In this document: positions 25,511 to 36,357 of the stretch, piece by piece
Position numbering within the stretch: the first letter of the stretch is position 1
Layout: the number at the start of each line of letters is the position of its first letter
Assembly: GCA_048213135.1 (NCBI GenBank)
Contig: PS015081.1
Location: 1-64,000 of the forward strand
DNA: 64,000 nucleotides
Source: Reclinomonas americana ATCC 50394
Lineage: Eukaryota
Direction: 5' to 3'
The notes under the pieces: model-generated
Databases searched by the model: none
Told to the model about the DNA's origin: nothing
Seen by the model: only the letters and a program-made list of their open reading frames with translations
Position numbers and translations under genes: made by a program

Positions 25511-27677
25511 GTCGGTGTCGGGGAGTGTGTTGCATGCGACTGCCACGGTGATGTTTACGCGGTTGCGAGGGTATAAGATGTATCTGTATCGGGATGCGGA
25601 GGTGAGTGTGTGTGGGAGAGGGAGAGAGAGGAAGAGGGAGGGAGGGAGAGACAGAGGGAGGGAGGGAGAGAGAGAGAGAGAGGAGGGCAGCATGCGGATT
25701 AGGCGGACATATGCGATTTCTTTCTCTTCTTTTTCTCTTCTCGTTCTCGTCCGTGCCTGCTGCCTGTGAGAGGAGTGCTCGTCTCGCGGACTGTCAGTTT
25801 CATTGCATGCTTCTGTTCTTTTATTGCGGTGTCTTCCTCGCTGGTCTCCCGTATTCAGTGTCTGCATCCTGTCTCCTGCCTCCTGTCTGCTGCCTCCTGT
25901 ATCCTGTCTCCTTTCCTCCTGCCTCTTGCCTCCTCTCTCTCTCTCTCTCTCTCTCTCTGCTCGTCACTCGCTGCAAGAGGACCCGCCTTGTGGACTGTTG
26001 GTTGCATTCTTCTTGCCTTTTGTCGCCTGCCGCCTTGCCTCCTTTTGCATTCTGCCTCCTGCCTCCTGCCTCCTGCCTCCTGCCTCATGTCTCCTGCCTC
26101 CTGCCTCCTGCCTCCTGCCTCCTGCCTCCTGCCTCCTGCCTCCTGCCTCCTGCCTCCTGCCTCCTGCCTCCTGCCTCCTGCCTCCTGCCTCCTGCCTCCT
26201 GCCACCTGCCACCTGCCTCCTGCCTCGTGCCTCTTGCCTCCTGCCTCCTGCCGCTTGCCTCTTGCCTTCTGCCACCTACCACTTGCCTCCTGCCTCCTGC
26301 CTCCTGCCTCCTGCCTCCTGCCTCGTGCCTCCTGCCTCTTGCCTCCTGCCTCCTGCCTCGAGCCTCCTGCCTCCTGCCTCCTCTCTCTGCCTCTTACCTC
26401 TTGCCTCCTTCCTCCTGCCTCCTCTCTCTGCTCGTCACTCGCTGCAGGAGGGCCCGCCTTGTGGACTGTTGGTTGCATTCTTCTTGCCTTCTGTCACTTG
26501 CCGCCTTGCATCCTGTCTGCTGCCTCCTTCCTCCTATCTTCTGTCCCCTTCTTGCCTCCGCTCCCTGCTCGTCGCTCGCTGCGGGAGCGAACAGTTAACT
26601 TCTGTGCATGCCTCTTGCCTCCCGTCCATTGCTTCCTGCCTCTAGCCCTTCTCCTGCTTCTGCATACCGTCACTGCATTGTCCTTGTGTTCTCCTTTCTC
26701 CTGTTGTCTCCCTGCCTTCTCTTGCTTCTCCGTCTTCTCTTCTAGTTCCGTGTACCCTCACTCCCTTCTCAATGGCCTCTTCGGAGCGTCGTCCTCCGGT
26801 TTCCTTTTGCTCTCCCCCCATTTCCCGACCCTTCTTACTCACCTCCTCTTCTCCCCCCACCCCCCAACAGTCCACCGACTACATGGACGTCGTGTGCCTG
26901 TGCGACGTGGACGTAAGTGTATCACCGACGCACGAGACCGTGATTCTCTTCCGCTCGCTGCACGACCCGTCGCGCGTCCGAAGGTTGGTGTGCTTCGACC
27001 AGAAGCTCCTTGCTGCCCCTGTGGAGGGTAAGCAGCTTGCAGAAGCTTCCTCCTTTCCTGAGGGAGAGCATGCGAACAAGAGAGAGAGTGAGAGAAAGAG
27101 AGAAAGAGCAGCAGTCAGATGCTGCCCTCAGTGCATGAAGCATTCTCAGTGCTGGGATACTGAGAGTGTGATATCCGCACCTTGAATACTCCGTCGACCC
27201 TCGAAACTGAGAGTGTGATATCCGCACCTTGAATACTCCGTCGACCCTCGAAAAGCGAGTTCCCCATTTTTCTTCTCATTCTATTCTTTGTGCTCCAAAG
27301 TCTCCCTCTCTGTACGTGTGTGTGTGTGTGTGTGTGCGTCTTTCGTGTTGTTCCTTGTGCCTGTTGTATTGGTACTCTTTGTGCACATCATGTGATCACA
27401 GCTGTGCATACTCCCTTCATGAGCTCCGCATCTGCTTTCCTCTCACTGTGAAGCTGGGCTCTCCCATTCATTCTCTCTTTCTCTCAATTACCCTCATGTT
27501 CCCGTTGTTTGTCTTTCCCCTTTCCTCTCGTCCCTCTCCCCTTTCCCCCTTACCCCCTTCCCCCCTTCCCCCCTTCCCCCCTTNNNNNNNNNNNNNNNNN
27601 NNNNNNNNNNNNNNNNNNNNNNNNNNNNGCTCTCTCTCTCTCTCTTCCTTCGTCACGTCGGTTTCGTACGTTTCTTT

Positions 27678-27726
<49 letters not shown>

Positions 27727-29237
27727 CATACTCTGTATGCCTGTGCCACTCGCTGCTGCTCACATCCTCAGACGTGCGGTTTGTATCTCGTTTATTCGTG
27801 CATTCTTTGGTCTGCCTTCTCTTTCTAATCTCTTTCTCTCTCTCGTTGCACCATCTGCCTTCCAATGATCTGCGTGTTTGTGCCTCTCGTCTCTCGTCAT
27901 CCTCCTGCGTTCAGTATTCTATCTCGTTAATTCGTGCATTGTTGCCATCTTTTAACTCATGCCTTCTGTTTCTTTCCTCTCTCTTCGTGCACATGCTGTT
28001 TCAGCTTCTATCTCGTTGACTCGCACTCTCTCTCTCTCTCGCTCCTTGCGGTGTCTGCTTCTCTCACACTCTGTACGTTTGTACCTCTCACCATTGGTCA
28101 CGTCCTCAGCTCTCTCTCTCTCTCTCTCAATAAGTTCTCAGTCTTCTATCTCGTTCAGTTGCTCTCTTTCTCTGTCTCTCTCGCTCTCTCTCACTTCCTG
28201 CACATGGTTTCTCGCTCTCTTCCTCTCTCGTCCCCTTTCCATCTTTTCCCTTCTCCCCCTTCTCCACCCCTTCTCCCGTCCCCTTTCCCTCTATTCCCCT
28301 TTCCCTTCTCACTTCCCCTTTCCCTTCTCACTTCCCCTTTCCACCCTTTCCCTTTATCATCCCCTCAGCCGACTGCAGCCTCCTCATGACCCACAAGAGC
28401 CACTTTGTCACCTTTGCCTTCCCCCGCGGCTGGGAGGTCAAGGAGGGCATCTCACTCCACCCCACACGTCTGCCCGACACCATGCACCACTCACTCATGT
28501 GCCGCGTGCCGGAGATCGACGACATGGAACTCGTGCTCTCCTCCACCTCCTTCCCCAACCCCGTGTCTCTAGACGACGCCGCCAAGGTACTGCCCCCTCT
28601 CTTCGTTTCTTCTCTCTCTCTCTCTCTTCTTCCTTACTTATATAGTCCATGTGTGCAGGCGGAGGACTCACACTACGCCGGCAAACCGGAGTGGCAAAAG
28701 GCGTCGACTCTGCGCTTCGTCATGGGCCACCTGGAGTGGCTGCAAACGGAACGACGAGCGTCGGTCTCCGGCTTCCTGCCGCTGCTGCGGTGGACGATTC
28801 TGGCCGTGGAGCAGCGCGATCGCCACCTGGTGTACTCGGTCACCCTTACTGCGCCCGCGGCCTTCCGCAGCCAGTTTGAGGTGGTGTGGAAGCTCGTCAT
28901 CGAGTCGGCGTTGTTTCTGCGTGGTTAGTCTCTTGCACTGTCCTTTCTTTTCTCTCTCCTGTTTTTCTGTGCATCGCTTTCTCACCCACTCTACTTCCAC
29001 GTCCTCTACCTCATTTCTCCACCCATCTTTCTTTCTCTCTATCTTTTCTCCTACTTCCCGCTCGCGTGCCTTCCGTAGTTATCACTTGCTTGTTTTTCTC
29101 TCACAGACAATGTCTCACTTCTCTCTCCTGCTCTCTCTGTTTGTCTTCTTCTGCATCTCGCTGCTTTGCCCTCTACTTCACCCGTTTTCCACACATTTCT
29201 TTTGTGGTCTTTTCAATACCTATTTGTCACTCACTCT

Positions 29238-29284
<47 letters not shown>

Positions 29285-29764
29285 TATTTCTCTCTCATTC
29301 GTTCTACTTCCTCTGCGTCCCTTCCGTAGTTATGACCCGCTTGTCTTTCTCTCACAAACAATGTCTCGCTTCTCTCTCCTGTTTTTTCCGCTGCCTTCTT
29401 CTGCATCTCGCTGCTTTGCCCTCTCCTTCACCTGTTTTTCACGCGTTGTTTTGGGATACTTTCCATTCCTCTTTCTCTCTTGTGTGTGTCTCTCTCTCAT
29501 GTCTCTCTCTCTCGTCTCTTCTCATTCTCCCTCTTCGAAATGCTTCCCATATTTCCATGCTGTCTCGCTCGCTCTGCAGACACACGTTTCACCCATCAGC
29601 TGACTCTCTGTTTTCGCCGTCTCGCCTCCGCTCTTATTTTGCTCCTGCAGACACGGTCTATCGTCTTGAAGTCTCGCTCCTGTGCTTCTGCATGCCATTA
29701 GCTGCACTTTATCTCGCTCACTCCACCCACGCTCACAGTGTATTTCTGATGCCTCTCTCACGCT

Positions 29765-29801
<37 letters not shown>

Positions 29802-32416
29802 CCTCATTGTCCTTTATCGAAATACCTCTGCAGAGTGACGTTTCCCCGTCTGCTTTTCTGTCTCCGTTCTCGCCGTCTCGCCTCCGCCCTTATCGCTCCT
29901 GTGCTTCTGCATGCCTTTCTGAATTCGATGCACTTCATCTCGCTCACACCCACGCTGACAGTGGATTACTGATGCCTCTCTCTCCTTCTCTCTCCCACTC
30001 CCACTTCCTGTCCTCACCCTTTTCCTCCTCTCTCTTTCTCCCTTTCTTTCTCCCTCTTCCCCCCAATTGCAGTGGCCGCCACCCGCGTCGAAGGCATGGA
30101 CATTCCCCCCTCAGTCGCCAACAATCCAGTACGTCATCCCCTTCCCCTTCCCCTCCCCAATCACCCCTTTCCCTTCCGCTTACGCACACCTTCCCCCTTC
30201 TCCATTTAGGAACTCGCCGATCTTGTCGCCAACGTACAGCAGGTGTTCTCGGCGCCCGACTTTCAGCTGCAAGTCGAAATGGCGTTCTACCGCGCCGATA
30301 CCGACCGCAGCAACACGATCGATGTGGCCGAGTTGCACGCGGTCCTGCTGGAGTGTCACTCGGGTCTGTCTGTGTACTCTTTTGTCATTTAAGTGACCAC
30401 CGCTCTCACACTCTGGACGCAGCATTCTCCGAAATGCTCGGCATGAGCATTCCAGTGCCGAGTGTGGAGGACTCGCAATTTGCATTGGAAGGTGTGTTGT
30501 CAGTGGGGGCATTTGGCACTCGCGTAACACTTGGTGGTGACATGTGTGTCGGGGTTGGCGCAGCGCTGGACGCCAATCGCGACGGCGTGCTGCAAAAAGA
30601 CGAATTCGAGGTGCTCGTGCGACAAATCTTCCTCATGTCGGCCGTCAGCGGCTACAAGCGAGCGAATCAGTTGAGTGGAGGCGCTGGTGGTGGCGGCGGT
30701 GCGCGGATGCCCTACAACGGACTGCGTGGACACTCTGCGGGCGATGACGATGACGACGATGCGTTTGATCCGGTGAGTGTGTCGAGATTGATGTGCATTG
30801 GATGTTGTGCACTGAAGTGCGGGAGTGCAGGAGCTGGAGGAGTTCATTGCCACAGTGGAGGCCACATTCGACACACCGGCTTTCAAGCGGCAGGTCGATG
30901 TGGCGTTTGCGCAGAGTGATCTGGATTCCAACGGAACACTCGATGCTGGCGAGTTGCTCAATGTGCTGAAGCAAGTGCACTCGGGTACGTACTTGTGTGT
31001 GCGTGAGCGTAGCGGACAAGGAAGATATTGACTGTCATGGCAGAAATGGTCAACGTGCTGAATGTGCCAATGGACGAACCGACGCTGGAAGACGCGCGGA
31101 GGGGATTGCAAGGTGAGTCACTCGTGCCTCTCTTGTGCCATTTATGCATGCCTTCTGTATTCTGTCGTTCCTCTCCTTGTGTGTGTTTCATACCCTCTCT
31201 CCTGAATTCCTATGCATCACGTCTCTCTGTCTGCCTTTCATGCATGCCTTCTGTGTTCTGTCGTCTCTCTCACTGTGTGTGTGACATGCCCTCTCTCCTC
31301 GTATCACATCTCTCTGTCATCTGCATTACATGCATGCCTGCTGTATTCTGTCGTTCCTCTCCTTGTGTGTGTGCGTTTCATGCCCTCTCCGTCGCCAGAC
31401 TCTGATTTCTCTCCTGCATTCCTCCGTATCACATCTCTCTGCCTGCATTTCATGCATGCCCTTCTGTATTATGTCGTTCCTCTCATTGTGTGTGCGTTTC
31501 TGGCCACCTCCATTGCCAGACTCTGATGTCTCTTCTGACTTCCTATGTATCCCATCTCTTTGTCGTGCCTTTCATGCATGCCTTCTGTGTTCTGTCGTCT
31601 CTCTCACAGTGTGTGTTTCATACCCTCTCTCCTGACTTCCTCTGCATCACATCTCTCTGTCTGCATTTCATGCATGCCTTCCTTTTTTTGTCGTTCCTCT
31701 CATTGTGTGTGCGATTCATGCCACCTCCGTTGCCAGTCTCTGATGTCTCTCCTGACTTCCTCTGCATCACATCTCTCTGTCTGCCTTTCATGCATGCCTT
31801 CCTTTTTTGTCGTTCCTCTCATTGTGTGTGCGTTTCTGGTCACCTCCGTTGCCAGACTCTGATGTCTCTCCTGAATCGCTATGTATCCCAGCTCTCTGTC
31901 TGCCTTTTTTGCAAACCTTCTGTATTCCGTCGTTCCTCTCACTGTGTGTGTGTCGCCCTTTCTCTCTTGACTTCCTATGTATCACATCTCTCTCGTCTGC
32001 ATTCATGCATTCCTGCTGTATTACGTCGTCTCTCTCACTGTGTCTGTGTTTCATGCCCTCTCTTCTGACTTCCAATGATCACATCTCTCTGTCGTCTGCC
32101 TTTCATTCATGCCTTCTGTATTCTGTCGTCCCTCTCTTTGTGTGTCCATTTCCTTTTCGCTTATCTCCCTTTGCTCGCTATTCTTGTGCAGCGGTCGACA
32201 AGAACTCGGACGGCGTATTGGTTTGTCTTCTCCACATTCCACCGAGTTGGTTGACTGCTGCTCACTTCTTGCTTTGCACGCACACAGCAACGAGACGAGT
32301 TCGAAACATTATTCCGCGACTTGTACCTCACATCCGCAGTTGCGGGATTCGAGCTGGGGCGCGCCGCACGCAGTGGTGACACGGGAGCCGTGGACACATT
32401 ACGTTCTCTCAAGTGA
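25511..32416 (+). CDS. PH-like + PsbP/DcrB-like + four EF-hand calcium-binding protein; 5' end in gap
   Basis: EF loops DTDRSNTIDVAE, DANRDGVLQKDE, DLDSNGTLDAGE, DKNSDGVL|QRDE. Upstream exons read FTRLRGYKMYLYRDAE|STDYMDVVCL (PH-like) and FAFPRGWEV...VYSVTLTAPAAFRSQFEVVWKLVIES (PsbP-like). Confidence 0.7.
26050..26420. repeat. 7-bp tandem repeat (CCTCCTG)n inside an intron, flanked by ~70-bp direct repeats
   Basis: Long run of cctcctg. The segment tgctcgtcactcgctgca.gagg.cccgccttgtggactgttggttgcattcttcttgcctt occurs at about 25958 and 26429. Confidence 0.9.
27159..27252. repeat. Perfect 47-bp tandem duplication (intronic)
   Basis: actgagagtgtgatatccgcaccttgaatactccgtcgaccctcgaa occurs twice, at 27159 and 27206. 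Confidence 0.9.
31115..32190. repeat. Intronic minisatellite of roughly 100-120-bp degenerate units
   Basis: Recurrent tttcatgcatgccttctgt.ttctgtcgt..ctctc...tgtgtgtg...ctcctgacttcct..gcatcacatctctctg. Confidence 0.85.
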
Positions 32417-33048
32417 GAGACTGAGGGGGAATGAGAGAGGAACTGTGCATGCAATAAAGCACTGCTCACTAATATACTCACCCGTAACGAACGAGAACAC
32501 AAGTTTCCACCTGCGTCGTCTCGCGCATTACAGCTCTCTGCCTCCAATTATGTCGTATCTTTGTGCTTTGCAACTGCAGTTGCTTCTGCACTCACACGCG
32601 ATTCCTCTTCGCATTCAGCCTAACCACCCTCTTATCAATCACTTCCCTCTCGATTCTCTGACCTTCATCCCTCTCCCTCGTCATTGTTGACGATTTTTCC
32701 TCTCAGCCGATAACCCTCCTGCCCAATATTTCTCCTCAATCCGTGCTCTGAACTCCTCTGCTCTCCTCCCTGCCACGCTTTGCGCTCCTCTCTCGCATAA
32801 CTGTCCTCTGCGCTCCTCTCTCGCATAACTGTCCTCAGTACTCTCCCTCTCTCGCATCACGGTTCACTGCTCCTCCTCTGTCATGCCGTCGTACTATGCC
32901 CTCGCAGCGCTCCATCCTCCACTGCTGCCCCAGCAGTGAACCTGACATGCCCGATTAATGTACTTCTCATCTCGTCTCGCTTCATCACTCTCTCGCACCT
33001 TTTACAACTGCACCTCCCCTTCCCAACCTTCTCCTTCTCCCACGGCAT

Positions 33049-35974
33049 CTACCACTGCTCATCATCCTCCTCATCATCGTCAGCANNNNNNNNNNNNNNN
33101 NNNNNTCGGCGCCACCGCCATTCGCCTTGCCCTTCATGCTCCTGCGCCGATTGGCCATCTTGCCATACAACTCCTCCATCACTCCACTCGGCGGTGCCAC
33201 ATTCGGGCGAGGGACCTACGCAAAGTGTGTGAGCGACGCAACAAAATACACCCTCGTCTGACCCACTCAACGCACCACAATCGGCCGCTCCGCCAGTGGC
33301 GGCGCCTTTTTCAGAGCCACAGACCCGCGCCGAATGTCGTCCATCACCATCGATCGCAGATCCATTCGCGGACTGCTGTGTGCGTTGCCGGCACCGCTAC
33401 CGACCTCGTGTGAAGCGGCGGAGGGTAGCCTGGGCGAAGCCGGGGACGGCAACAATGCGGGCGGCGGCGGAGGCGGTGGTGGAGGTGGAGGCGGGGGCGG
33501 TGGTGGAGGTGGTGGCGATGACGCTGCAGGTGGTGCTGGTGGTCGCGCTGCCGTTGTCACAGGCGGTGACGCCGGCGGCGACCTGGGCGATCGCACCGGG
33601 GACGCAACAGGGAGCGCGCGCGACGCCGGCGCCGGCGCTGGTGGTGGTTGCGACGGCGATGAGGTCGACGAGCTCGGCAGTGCGCGAGGAGACGGCGACG
33701 GTGGCAGTGCGGGCGGAGCGCGTGGCGTTCGAGGACTGCCGTGTGATTCGCGATCATACTGTACCACACTCGCGGCGGCCGATGCTGGTCCCCGTGTCGG
33801 CGGTCGAGATGAAGGTGCGAGAGGAGGAGGAGAAGGAGCAGCGGCAGCCAAAGGTGGAATCTGTGTGATGCAAGGGAAGGGATTGAGCGACGATATGCAA
33901 CCAAAAAATCATCAGAGTGCGACGCGACGGACCTGTGCACAGACGGCAAAGTGCTGCGAGCGTGCCGGGTGGAATTCGACGACCGGCGGCGCCTGCTCGA
34001 CGTGTGGTCCAGCAAAGAGGTTCCATTCGGCATTCCCGTCGACCATTTGCAGGCGCGTGGTCCAGTTGTCGTCACCCAACACCGACTCCTCAACGCTGCG
34101 ACACAGCTCCTGGTGCAGGCATGCGTACCGGTCCAGGGCATTGTGCACGGCGGTGGCGCGCTCCGCCATGGCCGCCCTCACTTGCTCCCGGGCGGCATCC
34201 AGTCGAATGTGATGTTGGTCCTCGACCACCGCCAGTGCCTCGCGTGCCGCCGTCACATCCTCCTCGGTGCCCTTGGCCGCCACCAGTGCCGCCTCTGCCG
34301 CAGACACGCCCTTTAGCGCGGCCTTGAGACGTCGGCGGAATGCAGCGTCGTCGCTGTCGATGGCGGTGGCCAGTGCGGAGAGTTGGGTGGCTCGCGCACG
34401 CAGCTCCAGTGCCGAACTGTGCAACTCCGCCGCCAGCCACTCATGAATGTCCATCACCATCAGCGGCGAATTGCGCGCCTCCATCCACAGTGCGTGCAGG
34501 GAGCCCACGTCAAATCGCAGACCGTCAACAATTCCCGTCTTGCTTTTCACCACCAACGACCGCAATGCGGACACGTGTGCTGCACGGCTGCTCGACTCAG
34601 CATCCAAATGCTCCGCCATCACCGTCACCTGCTGCGCGGCACTTCGTACCTGCTCGACAAGGGCGGCCAGAGACGGCGCCGTGCGTGGCGATCGAACGGC
34701 ACCGGGAGCAACAGCGGCTTCCAGCTGTGCGTGGCGCGCCAGCAGACTCTGTTCGAGTGCGCGCCCGAGTGCTTGCTTGGAGGAAGCGTACGACGTAAGC
34801 GTGACAATAACCGTGGCCGTGCACGAGTGCTGCGCCGTCCATAGCGCCCGCCGGGCCGCCGTCAGCTGCAACAAGTACAACTCGCGCGTGGCCGTGTACG
34901 CATGCACGGCCTGCCAGTACGCCAGTGTCTGCGCACGCGCATGCGCCTGCTGCTGCTCCTCGACCGCCTGACTCGAGGAGGGACTGGCCGACGGTGCAGC
35001 AACCAGCGTCATCTCGGCGCGCGCCAATGCCGCGGCCTGCGTGCGCCGTCGCTGCCAACAACAAACACAAACAAGCTCGAGTGAGCGCGCGCGAACGACC
35101 ATGCACACGACGCATATGTATGTCAGCCAAGCACCTCTTCCACTTGACTGGCCAGTCGCGTCAGCTCCTTTTGCAAGCGCGTAATCTCCTTCATCGACTG
35201 CGTCACCTGCTGCCGCGATGTCTCCGCCGTGGACACGAGCAGCGGCAGCAAGTGTGCGGTCACCATACGCGACCAGAACGCGCACTGCGACGCACTAATC
35301 TCCGCATGCTGCAACACGTCGCCATGCACGGTCTCGATGCTCGTTCTGTGCGATCGGGTAAGCACAACCGTACGCGCCTCCTCTGTCTGTGCCACAGTGC
35401 GTACCTGACACCCGAGGGCGGTGGTGGCGGCAATCGCGAGGCCGGCAGACGCGCCAATCGCGAGGCAAACTTGTCGACCAGACGCGCCTCTGCACGCAGA
35501 AAGTCGACCACACTGCTCACAAACAGCAGCTCCTGTCGCATCTGTGTCTCGGCGTGCGTCACAGAGAAGGTGTCGGTGGTGGGATCCACACTGGCCGCGC
35601 GCAGACTGTTGCGACGACGCGGTCCACCACTGCGATCAAGACAGTGAGAGAGGGAGAGGGAGAGGGAGGGAGGGAGAGAGAGACGCAACGAGGCAGCAAC
35701 GTGCAGGCGACCAAGCAGCGATCGATACGCATCAGCGCCCTCGACAAAGGACACAGTCTGTGAGGTTCAGAGTGAGTGTGTGTGCGTGTGTGTGAGAGAG
35801 AGTGTGCAAGTGAGGGAGACGCACCTGTGAGCCACGTTGAGCGGCACGAGATCGCATGGCATTGTGTCGCGGTTGTGATGGTCTGCTGTTCACACCGACA
35901 CCTTCGCCGGCGTCGATGTCATCGGGGCCGTTCAAGGGAGCAACGCGCGGGGCTTTCGAGGAACAACAGCCCAT
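33049..35974 (-). CDS. Acylated helical-domain + proline-rich + WH2-central-acidic (WCA) protein; putative Arp2/3 nucleation-promoting factor
   Basis: Starts MGCCSSK. A long Ala/Leu/Glu helical region is followed by poly-Pro, WH2 RSMVMDDIRRGSVALKKA, central helix GVMEELYGKMANRRRSM and acidic end ADDDEEDDEQW* (small gap at 33086-33105). Confidence 0.8.
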
Positions 35975-36357
35975 TCTCTTTGCGCGCACACACTGGCGAC
36001 AACTGACTTCCTGCCGTAGCTTCGGTGAACGGATGTTCGATGTGTCCGATCGCAGCTGCGATATCGAAGTTGCAAGCCTTGTCTCGCGCGACCACCCAGC
36101 AAGTGCACTGAAGAGTACAGCTTCCTTTTCCTTTGGGGAGCGTGACCAAGGCATTCCGACTTTCGATCGCGACGTCGACGTTGCTGATCATGCTGCATGT
36201 TGGCTTGACCACTTCATTCCCGACTCTCATTCCCGCTGTTCACGCAACAACCTGGCCAGCGCACCTGGCAGGTGCGTCGACCCGGCCAGCGACTCTTGTA
36301 CCAGCAGGTCGTCATCTTGCCGTCGCCGGCGTCGTTGATAGGCCTGCATAAAGTAAA

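Noticed and set aside
25606-27031. LLPPASC / RRQEAGG repeat proteins
   Set aside because: They are translations of the intronic 7-bp CCTCCTG repeat in all frames.
27159-27252. 47-bp direct repeat as a CRISPR-like array
   Set aside because: Only two adjacent copies, no spacer, no cas genes, and it lies in a eukaryotic intron.
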